Origin: Chloroflexota bacterium | Lineage (GTDB): Bacteria > Chloroflexota > Dehalococcoidia > GIF9 > UBA5629 | Assembly: GCA_020354105.1 (NCBI GenBank) | Contig: CP070642.1 | Coordinates: 1,670,691 to 1,711,074 of the forward strand | Direction: 5' to 3' | DNA length: 40,384 nucleotides | In this document: positions 9,350-18,644 of the stretch, piece after piece | Layout: every line of letters starts with the position of its first letter | Position numbering within the stretch: position 1 is the stretch's first letter | Notes under the pieces: model-generated | What the model was told of the DNA's origin: nothing | Databases searched by the model: none | What the model saw: only the letters and a program-made list of their open reading frames with translations | Program-made: the position numbers and the translations under genes

Positions 9350-10147
9350 CTAGCTATGGCCTTCAACAAAGTCTTTCAGGGCCTGAAGGTATTGATCCAT
9401 GCCCCCCATAAAAATGGTGTTGTGGTCAACTCCGGGGATTATTAGCAAGCGCTTGTCTTTTGCAGCAATAGCTTCGTAAAGCTCCCTGCCTTCCTCTACA
9501 GGCACAATCTGGTCATGCTCACCGTGCATAACTAATGTGGGAAGAGAAATCTTCCGAATAAGTCCAAGGTTGGAAGGTGTCTCCGGCACAGAGACTCCAA
9601 GCGCTTTGAGTGGAAAGCCTAAATAGCCAAATAAGTTAAATACATTAGCAAAGCCGCTTTCTATAATAAGTCCGCTGAGCTGCCCCTGATAATGCGAGGC
9701 AAGCTCAACGGCGGAGGCACTGCCCAGTGAGCGACCCATCAGAAAAAGCTTGCCTGAAAAACCTTTCTCTTTCAATACTCGCTTAAAGCCTTCGAATACA
9801 GGATGGGCATCCTTTATCATGTTGGTGAGCGTAGGCTTGCCTCCACTCCTGCCATAGCCTCTGTAATCAGCCACAAATAAATTCGCTCCGATTTGATTAT
9901 AGATGGAGCCAATGGACCCATAATCGCTGGCTACTTCACCGTTGCCGTGAAAGAACAGTATATTGGGGTGCTTCTTGTCACTGAAATAAAAGCAATAAGA
10001 AATGGAAACAGCCTCGCCAACGGGGATGGTGCCAGCAATGACATTAGCTGCTGCTGATATCTCAAAAAGGTCTTCCCGAGGATAAAAGATGAACTGCAAA
10101 ATCTCCGGCTTATCCAGCGCCTCAAGCTCATGCCACGGCTTAGCCAT
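9350..10147 (-). CDS. Alpha/beta-fold hydrolase
   Basis: 265 aa. HGNG oxyanion-type motif, GRSLGS nucleophile elbow (GxSxG), late HGEHDQIV (Asp) and VDHNT (His) consistent with a Ser-Asp-His triad. GGAG SD. Substrate unknown. Confidence 0.75.
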   Translation of the reverse strand: MAKPWHELEALDKPEILQFIFYPREDLFEISAAANVIAGTIPVGEAVSISYCFYFSDKKHPNILFFHGNGEVASDYGSIGSIYNQIGANLFVADYRGYGRSGGKPTLTNMIKDAHPVFEGFKRVLKEKGFSGKLFLMGRSLGSASAVELASHYQGQLSGLIIESGFANVFNLFGYLGFPLKALGVSVPETPSNLGLIRKISLPTLVMHGEHDQIVPVEEGRELYEAIAAKDKRLLIIPGVDHNTIFMGGMDQYLQALKDFVEGHS

Positions 10148-10171
10148 ACTTACTCCTCTACCACTCTACCA

Positions 10172-10627
10172 CTAAAACTTTACTATTTCACCTTGAACAT
10201 CTTGATCAATTGTCAGAATGCCAAAGGACTGACGTCCCGGACCGGGATTAAAGAATAGAATATTTCCAATCTGTTCAATCTTTGCCCGGTGGCTATGCCC
10301 GTAAATGATGATATCCACATCATCAAACAGGCCCTCAACTCTTTGCTCTATGCCTTCCGGCCCACCCCAGCCGTGGGTAATCCCGATCTTCTTGCCTCCG
10401 ACCATCAGGAGCTCTTTTTCGGGCAGCAGGCCCCGCAGCTTCATCGAATCCACGTTACCATGTACAGCCCTAACCTCACCCAGCCTCTTCAGCCCGTCAA
10501 GAACATCTGAGCCAACGAAATCGCCAGCGTGCACTATCAAGTCCACCTCTGAAAACACCTTGAGTATCTCCGGAGGAATCTCTTCCGCCAAATGCATATG
10601 GGTATCAGAAAGGACACCTATTCTCAT
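10172..10627 (-). CDS. MJ0936/YfcE-family metallophosphoesterase
   Basis: About 151 aa. DTHMH, HAGDF, HGNVD and GHSH metal-ligand motifs in the canonical order. The track start is a TTG immediately before ATG 10627. I use the ATG. Confidence 0.8.
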   Translation of the reverse strand: MRIGVLSDTHMHLAEEIPPEILKVFSEVDLIVHAGDFVGSDVLDGLKRLGEVRAVHGNVDSMKLRGLLPEKELLMVGGKKIGITHGWGGPEGIEQRVEGLFDDVDIIIYGHSHRAKIEQIGNILFFNPGPGRQSFGILTIDQDVQGEIVKF

Positions 10628-10683
10628 CAAAAATCTCGAACAGGTTAAATCAGGATTTTAAATCCTGCAAATGAAGACGAGTT

Positions 10684-11289
10684 TCATCCTAATACCTGAA
10701 GAATTCCCTGGCGAATCATCTTTATAGCAATAGCCGCCAGAAATAGACTGATTATTTTGGATGTGGCTCTGACCCCTCCCTGCCCCAGAAAAGCCACCAC
10801 CCGATTAGCCTGCGCAAAAAGCAGCCAACCTATTGCCAGATTCAGGACGAAAGAAAATATCACGATTATAACCGAGTACTGGTCGACCAATATCAGCAGA
10901 GTGGTAAGTACCGCTGGCCCGACTACTAGCGGAGTACCTATCGGGACAACGCCCAGCATGTCAGCACCGACTGAAGCTTGAGCCTCAACCATCTTGCCCG
11001 TGATCAAATCCTTGGCAGCCAGAAGAAAGAGGATGAGACCACCGGCGACCAGAAAGTCGGACACCTCTATGCCCAAAAAGAGAAAAACGCCTTTGCCGAT
11101 AGCAACAAATCCTAAGCCTAATCCCAGAGCTGTAATCACCGCCTGGCGCACCGTTCGGCTGCGCTCCTTGGCCTTCATGTCCTGTGTCAAGGGGACCAAT
11201 ATGGGCAAGACACCGATGGCATCCATAGCCACAAAGAGAGGAACAAAGGTCAAGCCGAATTCTTGCAGAATTTGTAGCACTTTTTCCAT
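10684..11289 (-). CDS. MarC-family (UPF0056) integral membrane protein
   Basis: 201 aa, about 6 hydrophobic segments. The FVPLFVAMDAIGVLPI N-terminal motif is typical of the MarC family. Confidence 0.7.
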   Translation of the reverse strand: MEKVLQILQEFGLTFVPLFVAMDAIGVLPILVPLTQDMKAKERSRTVRQAVITALGLGLGFVAIGKGVFLFLGIEVSDFLVAGGLILFLLAAKDLITGKMVEAQASVGADMLGVVPIGTPLVVGPAVLTTLLILVDQYSVIIVIFSFVLNLAIGWLLFAQANRVVAFLGQGGVRATSKIISLFLAAIAIKMIRQGILQVLG

Positions 11290-11313
11290 GGTCTGCAGAT
11301 AGGAAAGACGCCT

Positions 11314-13776
11314 TTACTCAGTTTTAGCCTTGCCGCCTCCCTTGCCATTCCCCTGATCGACAAAGGCCATAGAGGCAACACTGTCATCCGGATCAATTCT
11401 ATTTACCCGAACCCCCTGTGTATCTCTGCCAAAGAGCGAGACCTCCTCGTCTACAGGAACACGGATGATGATTCCTTTAGACGAAATAATAATGACATGC
11501 TGATTGGGAGGAACGAGTTTAGCTGAAATAACACAACCTGTCTTATCATTAATTCGATGAGCAATTACCCCTTTGCCACCCCGGGACTGAAGAGGGAAAT
11601 TCCGCGCCCGGCTACGCTTACCAAAGCCTTTCTCCGTAATCGTAAGCAGGTTAGCATCAGGGAATATGGCATCCATTGCCACCAGGCGGTCACCAGGATC
11701 AAGTCTGATGCCACGCACGCCACCGCTAGCCCGAGATGCCGGTCGTAAGCCCTTCACAGCAAACCTGATACCTTGCCCTTTTTGAGTCACCAAAACGACT
11801 TCATCTTTCTGGCTAACCACATCAGCCGCCACCAACTCCTCATCTCCTCGAAGCTTCATGGCAATAAGTCCACTGCTTCTTACCGAAGCAAAATTATCGA
11901 AACTCGTCTTCTTCACTATACCTCTTGAAGTAGCTATAATCATAAACAAGCCAGGAGTGAAATCTTTTACAACCACCAAGGTAGTTACCTGCTCCTTCGG
12001 GTCAATAGACGATAGGTTAGCCAGAGCTGTTCCCTTCGTAGTTCGCGATACATCTTGGGGTATATCGTAACATTTGAGCCTGTAAACCTTACCCCTATTG
12101 GTAAAAAGCAGTAAATTATCATGAGTATCAGCTACCACGAGATGTTTCACCATATCGGTCTCTCTAGTCACCATCCCTATTTGACCCCGACCTCCTCGAT
12201 GCTGCTTTTGATACGTTATAGCCGGTATTCTTTTTATGTATCCCTGTTCACTCAGCGTAATCACCACATCCTGATGGGGAATAAGATCCTCGTCCTGAAA
12301 CTCCTCGGCCTCCTCCCGTTTAATAGCGGTGCGGCGCTGGTCGCCATACCCCTTCTTAAGCTCGGTGACGTCCTGCTGAATCAGGAAAAGTATTTTCTTC
12401 GGATTAGCCAGAAGGTCTTCAAGATAAGCGATGTTCTTGACCACTTCGCTGTACTCATCGACTATTTTCTTCTGCTCCAGCTGTGCCAAGCGACGTAATT
12501 GCATATCAAGGATAGCCTGAGCTTGAATCTGAGACAGCGCAAAGTTCTCCATCAAGCTGGCTCGAGCTGAATCCACCGTCTCCGCTTTCCGTATAGTCTG
12601 AATAACCGCATCCAGATGGTCAAGAGCAATTCTGAAGCCTTCCAGTACATGGGCTCGATCCTTCGCCTTCTGGAGGTCGAACTGGGAGCGACGGGTGATA
12701 ACCTCCCGACGAAAATCTATATAGTAATTCAAGGTTTCCTTAAGATTAAGTACTCGAGGCTGCTGCCCATCAACCAGAGCCAACATGTTGATGAAGAAGG
12801 ATGACCGCATAGGAGTATATTTATAGAGGTTGTTACAAATCTTGGTAGGCTGAGCATCCTTTCTCAAACCTATAACTATCCTCATACCATGGCGATCAGA
12901 TTCATCGCGTACCTCACTTACCCCCTCGATCCTTCTCTCTCTGACCAAGTTAGCTATTCTTTCCACCAGGGCAGCTTTATTCGTCTGATAAGGAAGCTCT
13001 GTTATGACTAATTGCTGACGTCCGCCCCTCAAAGTTTCATCAGTAACTTTAGCCTGAACTACAACCTTGCCTTGCCCGCTGGCGTAAGCGCTCTTAATGC
13101 CCTCCCTGCCTAATATAATGCCTCCGGTGGGGAAATCCGGCCCTTTCACAATCTTCATCAAGTCATCGACATCGGCCTCGGGGTTATCTATAAGATGATT
13201 GATAGCATCGCATACCTCGCTTAAGTTATGAGGCGGGATATTGGTAGCCATACCGACAGCAATGCCTGATGAACCATTCACCAGTAAATTGGGTAATCTG
13301 GCTGGTAAAACCCGTGGTTCCTTTAAGCTATCATCAAAATTAGGCGCAAAATCAACGGTTTCTTTATCAATATCAACCAGCATTTCCTCGGCGATTTTTG
13401 CCAGGCGAGCCTCGGTATATCGCATAGCCGCCGGTGGGTCATCATCCATGCTGCCGAAATTACCCTGCCCATCAACAAGCCTGTACCTCATAGAAAAATC
13501 TTGCGCCATTCTGACCATGGCTTCATATACCGGGGCATCTCCATGAGGATGATACTTACCAAGAACCTCACCGACTATGCGAGCGCTCTTTTTATAAGAA
13601 CTGGTATGTCGGAGACCCAGTCCATCCATGGCATATAGGATGCGCCGATGAACCGGTTTCTACCCATCGCGCACATCGGGCAGGGCTCGCTGGACTATGA
13701 CACTAATGGCATAGTCAAGGTAGGAGCTCTTCATCTCTTCTTCAATGATAACCGGTTTTATTACTCCAACTTCCAT
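11314..13776 (-). CDS. gyrA: DNA gyrase subunit A, full-length reading frame interrupted by one in-frame TAG (13662..13660)
   Basis: The track ORF (11314..13629) starts at [31 protein letters not shown], which is residue ~50 of a normal GyrA. Reading the same frame upstream from ATG 13776 (GGAG SD) gives [51 protein letters not shown]. The TAG replaces the Leu of the conserved RDGLKPVHRR motif. There are no other stops in 820 codons. Confidence 0.9.
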
Positions 13777-13819
13777 CTAAACATCTCCTGAAAATTTCGC
13801 TCGCTTCAGGGGCAATTAA

Positions 13820-14656
13820 CTAGTCTTCCATGAACTCCTCTTCTATCCCCGTTTCCTCATCAGAGGAAACCCCCTCAAATATAGAGAAGCCTTCGGGTAT
13901 AAGCTCACCCTCTTCTAATTCCATATCTTCTGCCTCTTCCAGCGCTTCCTCTTCCACAGCCTCATGTCTAAGCAGAGTATCTCTAACATGGGGTTGAAAG
14001 CCTTCAACTGCTTTAACTGGAAAGGAAAGACGCCCAACTTGGCTCGGGTGCTGAAAAACCTCTCTGATGATAACCCTGGCGCTGTCATTACTGATACTGA
14101 CAAGAGCCGCGGTGTATTTATTTCCACCTTCTATCATTCTAGCCAGGCGAAAACCGTGAGGCGGCTCAACTAGTCCCAAATACTCCCCTTGGTCATTTTC
14201 CACAATAAGCTGCTGTCCCTTAACCTTCAAGTGCACTTGATTACCAGCAGCCATCCTGGCCAACAACTCACTAGGTGCCAGGCTCTGTAGATTTACCACA
14301 CCAGCCTTTCCCATCTCGCCGATGAAAAGGTCCGGGGATACCTCGCGGCGTTCCTCTTGTACTTTAACCTGGGAATCGGGCAACAAAGACAGCCGCTGGA
14401 GATTTCTTTGAGCGATAGAATTATAAGGGTCAAGTCCCAGAGCTCGAGAATATGCCTCTTTGGCCCTGGCAAATTCGCCCAATTCCATAAATGCCCTACC
14501 AAGCCTGTTGTAGGCATCAATATCTGTAGGCAAAAGCTCTATTATGTTCTGATTTACAGTTATTGCTTCCTGCCAACGGCTCTGCATAGCCAAGGAAATA
14601 GCTTCTTGGCTCGCCTTTCGTCTCAGCCTAGCTTTATCTTCTTCACGGTCGGGCAT
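13820..14656 (-). CDS. TPR-repeat protein with an uncharacterised C-terminal domain and acidic tail
   Basis: 278 aa. The N-terminal ~90 aa show TPR-like A/Y/L periodicity (AYNRLGRAFMELGEFARAKEAYSRALGLDPYN). The C-terminal 45 aa are E/D-rich. It lies 43 nt upstream of gyrA on the same strand. Confidence 0.6.
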   Translation of the reverse strand: MPDREEDKARLRRKASQEAISLAMQSRWQEAITVNQNIIELLPTDIDAYNRLGRAFMELGEFARAKEAYSRALGLDPYNSIAQRNLQRLSLLPDSQVKVQEERREVSPDLFIGEMGKAGVVNLQSLAPSELLARMAAGNQVHLKVKGQQLIVENDQGEYLGLVEPPHGFRLARMIEGGNKYTAALVSISNDSARVIIREVFQHPSQVGRLSFPVKAVEGFQPHVRDTLLRHEAVEEEALEEAEDMELEEGELIPEGFSIFEGVSSDEETGIEEEFMED

Positions 14657-14767
14657 TGCTTGCTCCCTGTATTACCTCTCCAGAATAACCTTATCATTTT
14701 ACCGCAGTCACTTTTGCAGAAAAAGTGAACAATGTCAAGTACCCCCAGGTTAAGTAAACAAATAATT

Positions 14768-14796
14768 TTGACAAAAAAGACTGATTATGTTAGCTT
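14768..14796 (+). promoter_or_regulatory. Candidate extended -10 promoter for the nifU-like gene
   Basis: TTGACA (14768-14773), 17-nt spacer ending in TGT, then TAGCTT (14791-14796). Confidence 0.4.
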
Positions 14797-14836
14797 ACTA
14801 CAACAATAAATACAAGCGAAAGCAAGAGGGAGACCT

Positions 14837-15055
14837 GTGAAAGAAAAGGTACAAGAAATCCTGAACAATATTAGACCGAGCCTCCAAGCCGACGGGGGAG
14901 ATGTAGAACTAGTTGACGTTAAAGAAGGCATAGTCAGTCTAAGGCTCAAGGGGGCCTGTGCTGGTTGTCCTATGTCAACCATGACGCTCAAGAACGGCAT
15001 TGAGCGAGTACTGAAACAAGAGATATCCGATATAAAAGAAGTTGTCGCTGTGTAG
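14837..15055 (+). CDS. NifU C-terminal-domain (Nfu-type) Fe-S cluster carrier protein
   Basis: 72 aa, GTG start. [17 protein letters not shown]....[17 protein letters not shown] is the Nfu/NifU C-terminal CxxC signature. GAGGGAGA SD. Confidence 0.85.
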   Translation: MKEKVQEILNNIRPSLQADGGDVELVDVKEGIVSLRLKGACAGCPMSTMTLKNGIERVLKQEISDIKEVVAV

Positions 15056-15057
15056 CG

Positions 15058-16281
15058 TTAAATTAAATCTTGTTCCAGATCAAAAGCCTTGTGCAACGCT
15101 TGAATAGCGTCCTTTACCTTACCTTCAGCAATAATACAGGTTATCCTGATTTCTGAAGTAGTAATCAATTGTATATTGATTCCCTGTTCAGAAAGAGCCC
15201 GAAACATATTAGCCGCATAGCCCGGCGTATTCAGCATGCCGGTGCCAACAACGCTAACTTTGGCTAGTGTCGAATCGCTGACACATTGCTTCGCCCCGAT
15301 AGATTTGGCTATCGGTTGCACCAGAGACATTGCCTTATCTGAATCACCTCTAGCCACAGTAAAGGTTAAGTCTGTAATATTGTCGATGCTGGCATTCTGA
15401 ACGATAGTGTCTACACTTATGTTTGCTTTAGCTAACGGTTCGAAGATTGCTGAAGCTATACCCGGACGGTCAGGAACACCGACCACAGTAATTTTAGCCA
15501 CATTAAGGTCATGAGCTATACCCCGCGCTTTGTTTCTCACTTCCATCGAAATCCCTCCGTGAATAATAGTACCAGGCTTATCACTAAAGCTGGAGGCCAC
15601 CATTATCGGCATTTTATAAACCTGGCCCAACTCCACCGCCCGAGAATGCATCACTTTGGCACCTAATGTCGCCATCTCCAGCATTTCCTCGTAGCCTATT
15701 TCCTTAAGCTTGCGGGCTTCAGGCACAAGGCGAGGGTCAGCAGTAAACACACCCTCAACATCCGTGTATATCTGGCACATCTGAGCCTTAAGAGCAGCCG
15801 CCAGAGCGACCGCCGTTGTATCCGAGCCGCCTCGACCCAGGGTAGCGATATCCATATCATCAGTCATCCCTTGGAATCCAGCTACAATAACTATATTGCC
15901 TTTCTCCAGCTCTTTAACAACTCGTTTGGGTTCAATGTGCAGGATGCGAGCCTTGCTGTAAGTGGTGTCAGTCCGGATGCCTGCCTGGGCACCGCTCAAG
16001 CTCACTGCCTCATAGCCCATCTCATGCAAAGCCATAGCCATAAGGGTGCTGGATACTACCTCGCCGGTGGACAATAAGACATCGAGTTCCCGCTCCTGAG
16101 GTTTTGGGTTAATCTGCCTGGCTAGCTGAATAAGGTCATCAGTGGTATCGCCCATGGCCGAGACAACCACAACCACCTCATTACCTTTCTCTTTGGTGGC
16201 AACTATGCGCCGAGCCACATTCTTTATCTTATCGGCATCAGCCACCGAGCTGCCGCCATATTTCTGAACTATTAGTGCCAT
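15058..16281 (-). CDS. lysC: Aspartate kinase
   Basis: 407 aa. [10 protein letters not shown]-terminus, [22 protein letters not shown], and two C-terminal ACT-like regions. Confidence 0.93.
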   Translation of the reverse strand: MALIVQKYGGSSVADADKIKNVARRIVATKEKGNEVVVVVSAMGDTTDDLIQLARQINPKPQERELDVLLSTGEVVSSTLMAMALHEMGYEAVSLSGAQAGIRTDTTYSKARILHIEPKRVVKELEKGNIVIVAGFQGMTDDMDIATLGRGGSDTTAVALAAALKAQMCQIYTDVEGVFTADPRLVPEARKLKEIGYEEMLEMATLGAKVMHSRAVELGQVYKMPIMVASSFSDKPGTIIHGGISMEVRNKARGIAHDLNVAKITVVGVPDRPGIASAIFEPLAKANISVDTIVQNASIDNITDLTFTVARGDSDKAMSLVQPIAKSIGAKQCVSDSTLAKVSVVGTGMLNTPGYAANMFRALSEQGINIQLITTSEIRITCIIAEGKVKDAIQALHKAFDLEQDLI

Positions 16282-16330
16282 CTATCTTTCCTGCCTATTT
16301 TAAACTATCCGGAAAGCGGCTTCTAGTTTC

Positions 16331-17518
16331 CTATACACTTGTCAGCCTGCTCATAATATTATACCCGTCATCGATAAAAATTCCAGTGCTTTTAGCCTCG
16401 GCCTCGGTGAATCTGTGCGCCCCATTGGAAGCAAACCCTAAACCCCAAAGCACAAACGGTACCGGCTCATCAGTATGGGTCTGAATTTTTATCGGTGTTG
16501 GGTGGTCAGGCAATATTAGAACTCTAAGCGCATCCATATTCCAGGGGCGTATCCTGCTGACAACTTCTTTATCCACCATCTGTATTGCCTTTATTTTTTC
16601 ATCAATCGAGCCGACATGAGCCGCCTCGTCTGGCGCTTCAACATGTATAACAACCAAATCGTGCTTCTCCAGCGCCTTCAAAGCTCCAACCACCTGGGCA
16701 CCATAATCATTATCCAGCCCATCGGTCACACCAGGGATGTCCAGCACCGCCATATCTGCCATGCGGGCTAAGCCACGGAGAAGGTCAACCCCGGACGTCA
16801 TAGCCGCTCCAAGGCCATATGCCTGTTTGAAAGGCGGCATTTCAGGTATTCTGCCACTGCCCCAAAACAGCCATATCATAGTCGCCGGGATATCGCCTCT
16901 AGCCTGCCGCTCTAAATTCACCGGATGTTCCCTAAGCACGGCTTTCGACCTTTCCATGAGGTCTAATAGCAGGTCGCTGCCCGGGCCCTGGGGTAAAAAC
17001 TCAGCAACTGGCTTATCCGGAATATCATGTGGCGGTGTGCATATAGACTGCAGAGTATCATCATGCCCCTTTATCTTGCATATATGCCGATAGCGAACTC
17101 CGGGATAAAAATGCACCTCGTCGCCACCGAGCTTTTCATTTATAGTAGCCATAAGTGCCTGTGCCTCATCGGTATCGATGTGCCCTGAGCTATAGCTCCA
17201 CATCCTGCCATCACGAACGGCTACCAGATTGCATCGAAAAACAACCTCATCATCGGCAACAGAAATGCCCATGCTCTTAGCTTCAATACCACTCCTGCCC
17301 CTGTAATATACTTTCGGGTCATACCCCAGCACTGACATACAGGCACAGGCACTGCTCGGCTCCATCCCCTTCGGCACAGTGCGGACCAGCCCCACAATCC
17401 CTTCTTGCGCCATCGCGTCCAGACTCGGGACATGGGCAAGCTCCAGGCTGGTCTTGCCTTCACGCTCCGGCAGCGCCCAACCGGCAGCACCATCAATTAT
17501 TAGCACGCAATATTTCAT
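16331..17518 (-). CDS. Cofactor-independent phosphoglycerate mutase-like protein (ApgM family; proposed non-canonical homoserine kinase)
   Basis: 395 aa, alkaline-phosphatase-superfamily fold of the archaeal-type iPGM family (IIDGAAG start, HVEAPDEAAH, LPDHPTP). Sits directly upstream of lysC. Confidence 0.75.
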   Translation of the reverse strand: MKYCVLIIDGAAGWALPEREGKTSLELAHVPSLDAMAQEGIVGLVRTVPKGMEPSSACACMSVLGYDPKVYYRGRSGIEAKSMGISVADDEVVFRCNLVAVRDGRMWSYSSGHIDTDEAQALMATINEKLGGDEVHFYPGVRYRHICKIKGHDDTLQSICTPPHDIPDKPVAEFLPQGPGSDLLLDLMERSKAVLREHPVNLERQARGDIPATMIWLFWGSGRIPEMPPFKQAYGLGAAMTSGVDLLRGLARMADMAVLDIPGVTDGLDNDYGAQVVGALKALEKHDLVVIHVEAPDEAAHVGSIDEKIKAIQMVDKEVVSRIRPWNMDALRVLILPDHPTPIKIQTHTDEPVPFVLWGLGFASNGAHRFTEAEAKSTGIFIDDGYNIMSRLTSV

Positions 17519-17611
17519 CTTTTTTTAGTCGATTGTTATTACGAGCCTCGATGCAATTGGGGCGTGGCAATCTCTCCCCGTCGTCAAATTGACGCTGTTA
17601 GTTTACAATGC

Positions 17612-17640
17612 TTGCCCCAAAAGTTAAAGCCGCTTATAAT
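17612..17640 (+). promoter_or_regulatory. Candidate promoter for tRNA-Pro
   Basis: TTGCCC (17612-17617), 17-nt spacer, TATAAT (17635-17640). The tRNA 5' end is 10 nt downstream. Confidence 0.5.
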
Positions 17641-17649
17641 AAACGGCGG

Positions 17650-17726
17650 CGGGGCGTAGCGCAGCCTGGTAGCGCGCAGCGTTCGGGACGCTGAGGTCGG
17701 AGGTTCGAACCCTCTCGCCCCGACCA
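17650..17726 (+). tRNA. tRNA-Pro (anticodon CGG), CCA encoded
   Basis: Folded by hand. Acceptor CGGGGCG/CGCCCCG; D stem GCGC/GCGC with AGCCTGGTA loop; anticodon stem CAGCG/CGCTG with loop TT-CGG-GA; variable loop AGGTC; T arm GGAGG-TTCGAAC-CCTCT; discriminator A; CCA. 77 nt. Confidence 0.93.
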
Positions 17727-17728
17727 GT

Positions 17729-18508
17729 TCACTTCACCTTGCGTTTGGCTTCTTCCCACAAGGCGTTTTGCTCATCCAAAGACAGGCTGCCTAAATTGAT
17801 ACCGCGCTCACGGCAGATTTCTTCCATGCAGGCAAAGCGCCGGCAGAAGCGCTGGTTAGCCGATCGCAACGACATCTCCAAGTCTATATCCAGCCTGCGA
17901 GCTACGTTGGCAAGAGTGAAAAGCAAATCGCCGAACTCGTTGGCTCTCTCCTGCTGGTCGGGAGCCTGCTTAATCTCTGCCACCTCTTCAGCCAGCTTAT
18001 CTATGATTTGCTCCACCTTTTCCCAGTCAAAACCTACTCCGGCTACCCGCCGCTGAATAGACTGGCTGTACGCCAGGGCTGGCATTTGCTCAGGCACGCT
18101 GGCTAGAAGCGATTCTCCTTCATCCCGTTCTTCCTGCTTCAAAGCTTGCCAGTTTAGTTCCACCTCACCGGCATCCTGGACCTTCTGACCGCCAAAGACA
18201 TGAGGATGGCGATGTATCAGCTTGTCGCTAATACCCCGAGCAACATCGTCAATATCAAATTTCCCCGCTTCGTTGGCAATTTGGGCATGAAGCATAATCT
18301 GAAGCAGCAGGTCGCCTAATTCCTCGCACAGCTTTTGCGAAGTACCATCATCCAGAGCTTGTAGAACCTCATAGCATTCCTCAATCAAATACGGTTTTAA
18401 TGTGGTGTGCGTCTGTTTTTTATCCCACGGGCAGCCATCCGGGCCACGCAGCCTAGCAATAATTCCCTTGAGTTCAGCGAAGCTATCCAGTTTCTTTTTC
18501 GCAGGCAA
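17729..18508 (-). CDS. mazG: MazG nucleoside triphosphate pyrophosphohydrolase
   Basis: 259 aa, TTG start with [29 protein letters not shown] and [10 protein letters not shown] in the first MazG domain. A second domain carries EE..E...A and EFGDLLF. Confidence 0.88.
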   Translation of the reverse strand: MPAKKKLDSFAELKGIIARLRGPDGCPWDKKQTHTTLKPYLIEECYEVLQALDDGTSQKLCEELGDLLLQIMLHAQIANEAGKFDIDDVARGISDKLIHRHPHVFGGQKVQDAGEVELNWQALKQEERDEGESLLASVPEQMPALAYSQSIQRRVAGVGFDWEKVEQIIDKLAEEVAEIKQAPDQQERANEFGDLLFTLANVARRLDIDLEMSLRSANQRFCRRFACMEEICRERGINLGSLSLDEQNALWEEAKRKVK

Positions 18509-18545
18509 GGTGTGTCTCCCACTGATAATTGATTGTCCCGGCGCA

Positions 18546-18575
18546 ATTATAATCGGGGGAGCTATAGATTGGCAA
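18546..18575 (-). promoter_or_regulatory. Candidate promoter for mazG
   Basis: On the minus strand: TTGCCA (18575..18570), 18-nt spacer, TATAAT (18551..18546), immediately downstream of the terminator hairpin. Confidence 0.5.
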
Positions 18576-18580
18576 TTACC

Positions 18581-18618
18581 AAATAATAAACCCCCTGAAA
18601 AGAAATCTTCCCAGGGGG
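18581..18618 (-). terminator. Rho-independent terminator after the Zn-peptidase gene
   Basis: Minus-strand RNA: CCCCCUGGGAAG-AUUU-CUUUUCAGGGGG (12-bp stem including 2 G-U pairs) followed by UUUAUUAUUU. It begins about 26 nt after the stop at 18645. Confidence 0.7.
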
Positions 18619-18644
18619 TTGGGACAAACAGACAGAAACAGAGC

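Noticed and set aside
9350-11289. The hydrolase, phosphoesterase and MarC trio as a possible novel defence or stress system.
   Set aside because: All three belong to common housekeeping-type families. They lack nuclease, ATPase, sensor or toxin hallmarks, and they appear simply cotranscribed downstream of gyrA.
13660-13662. Genome-wide reassignment of TAG (pyrrolysine or another sense reading) as the explanation for the gyrA amber codon.
   Set aside because: At least ten other genes in the window terminate sensibly at TAG, at positions matching homologue C-termini. No pyl genes or methylamine methyltransferases are present. The conserved residue at this position is Leu.
16282-16330. A lysine riboswitch (L-box) upstream of lysC.
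   Set aside because: Only 49 nt separate lysC from the upstream gene, and the 130-nt region upstream of the ApgM-like gene is too short. I saw no L-box-like conserved helices there.
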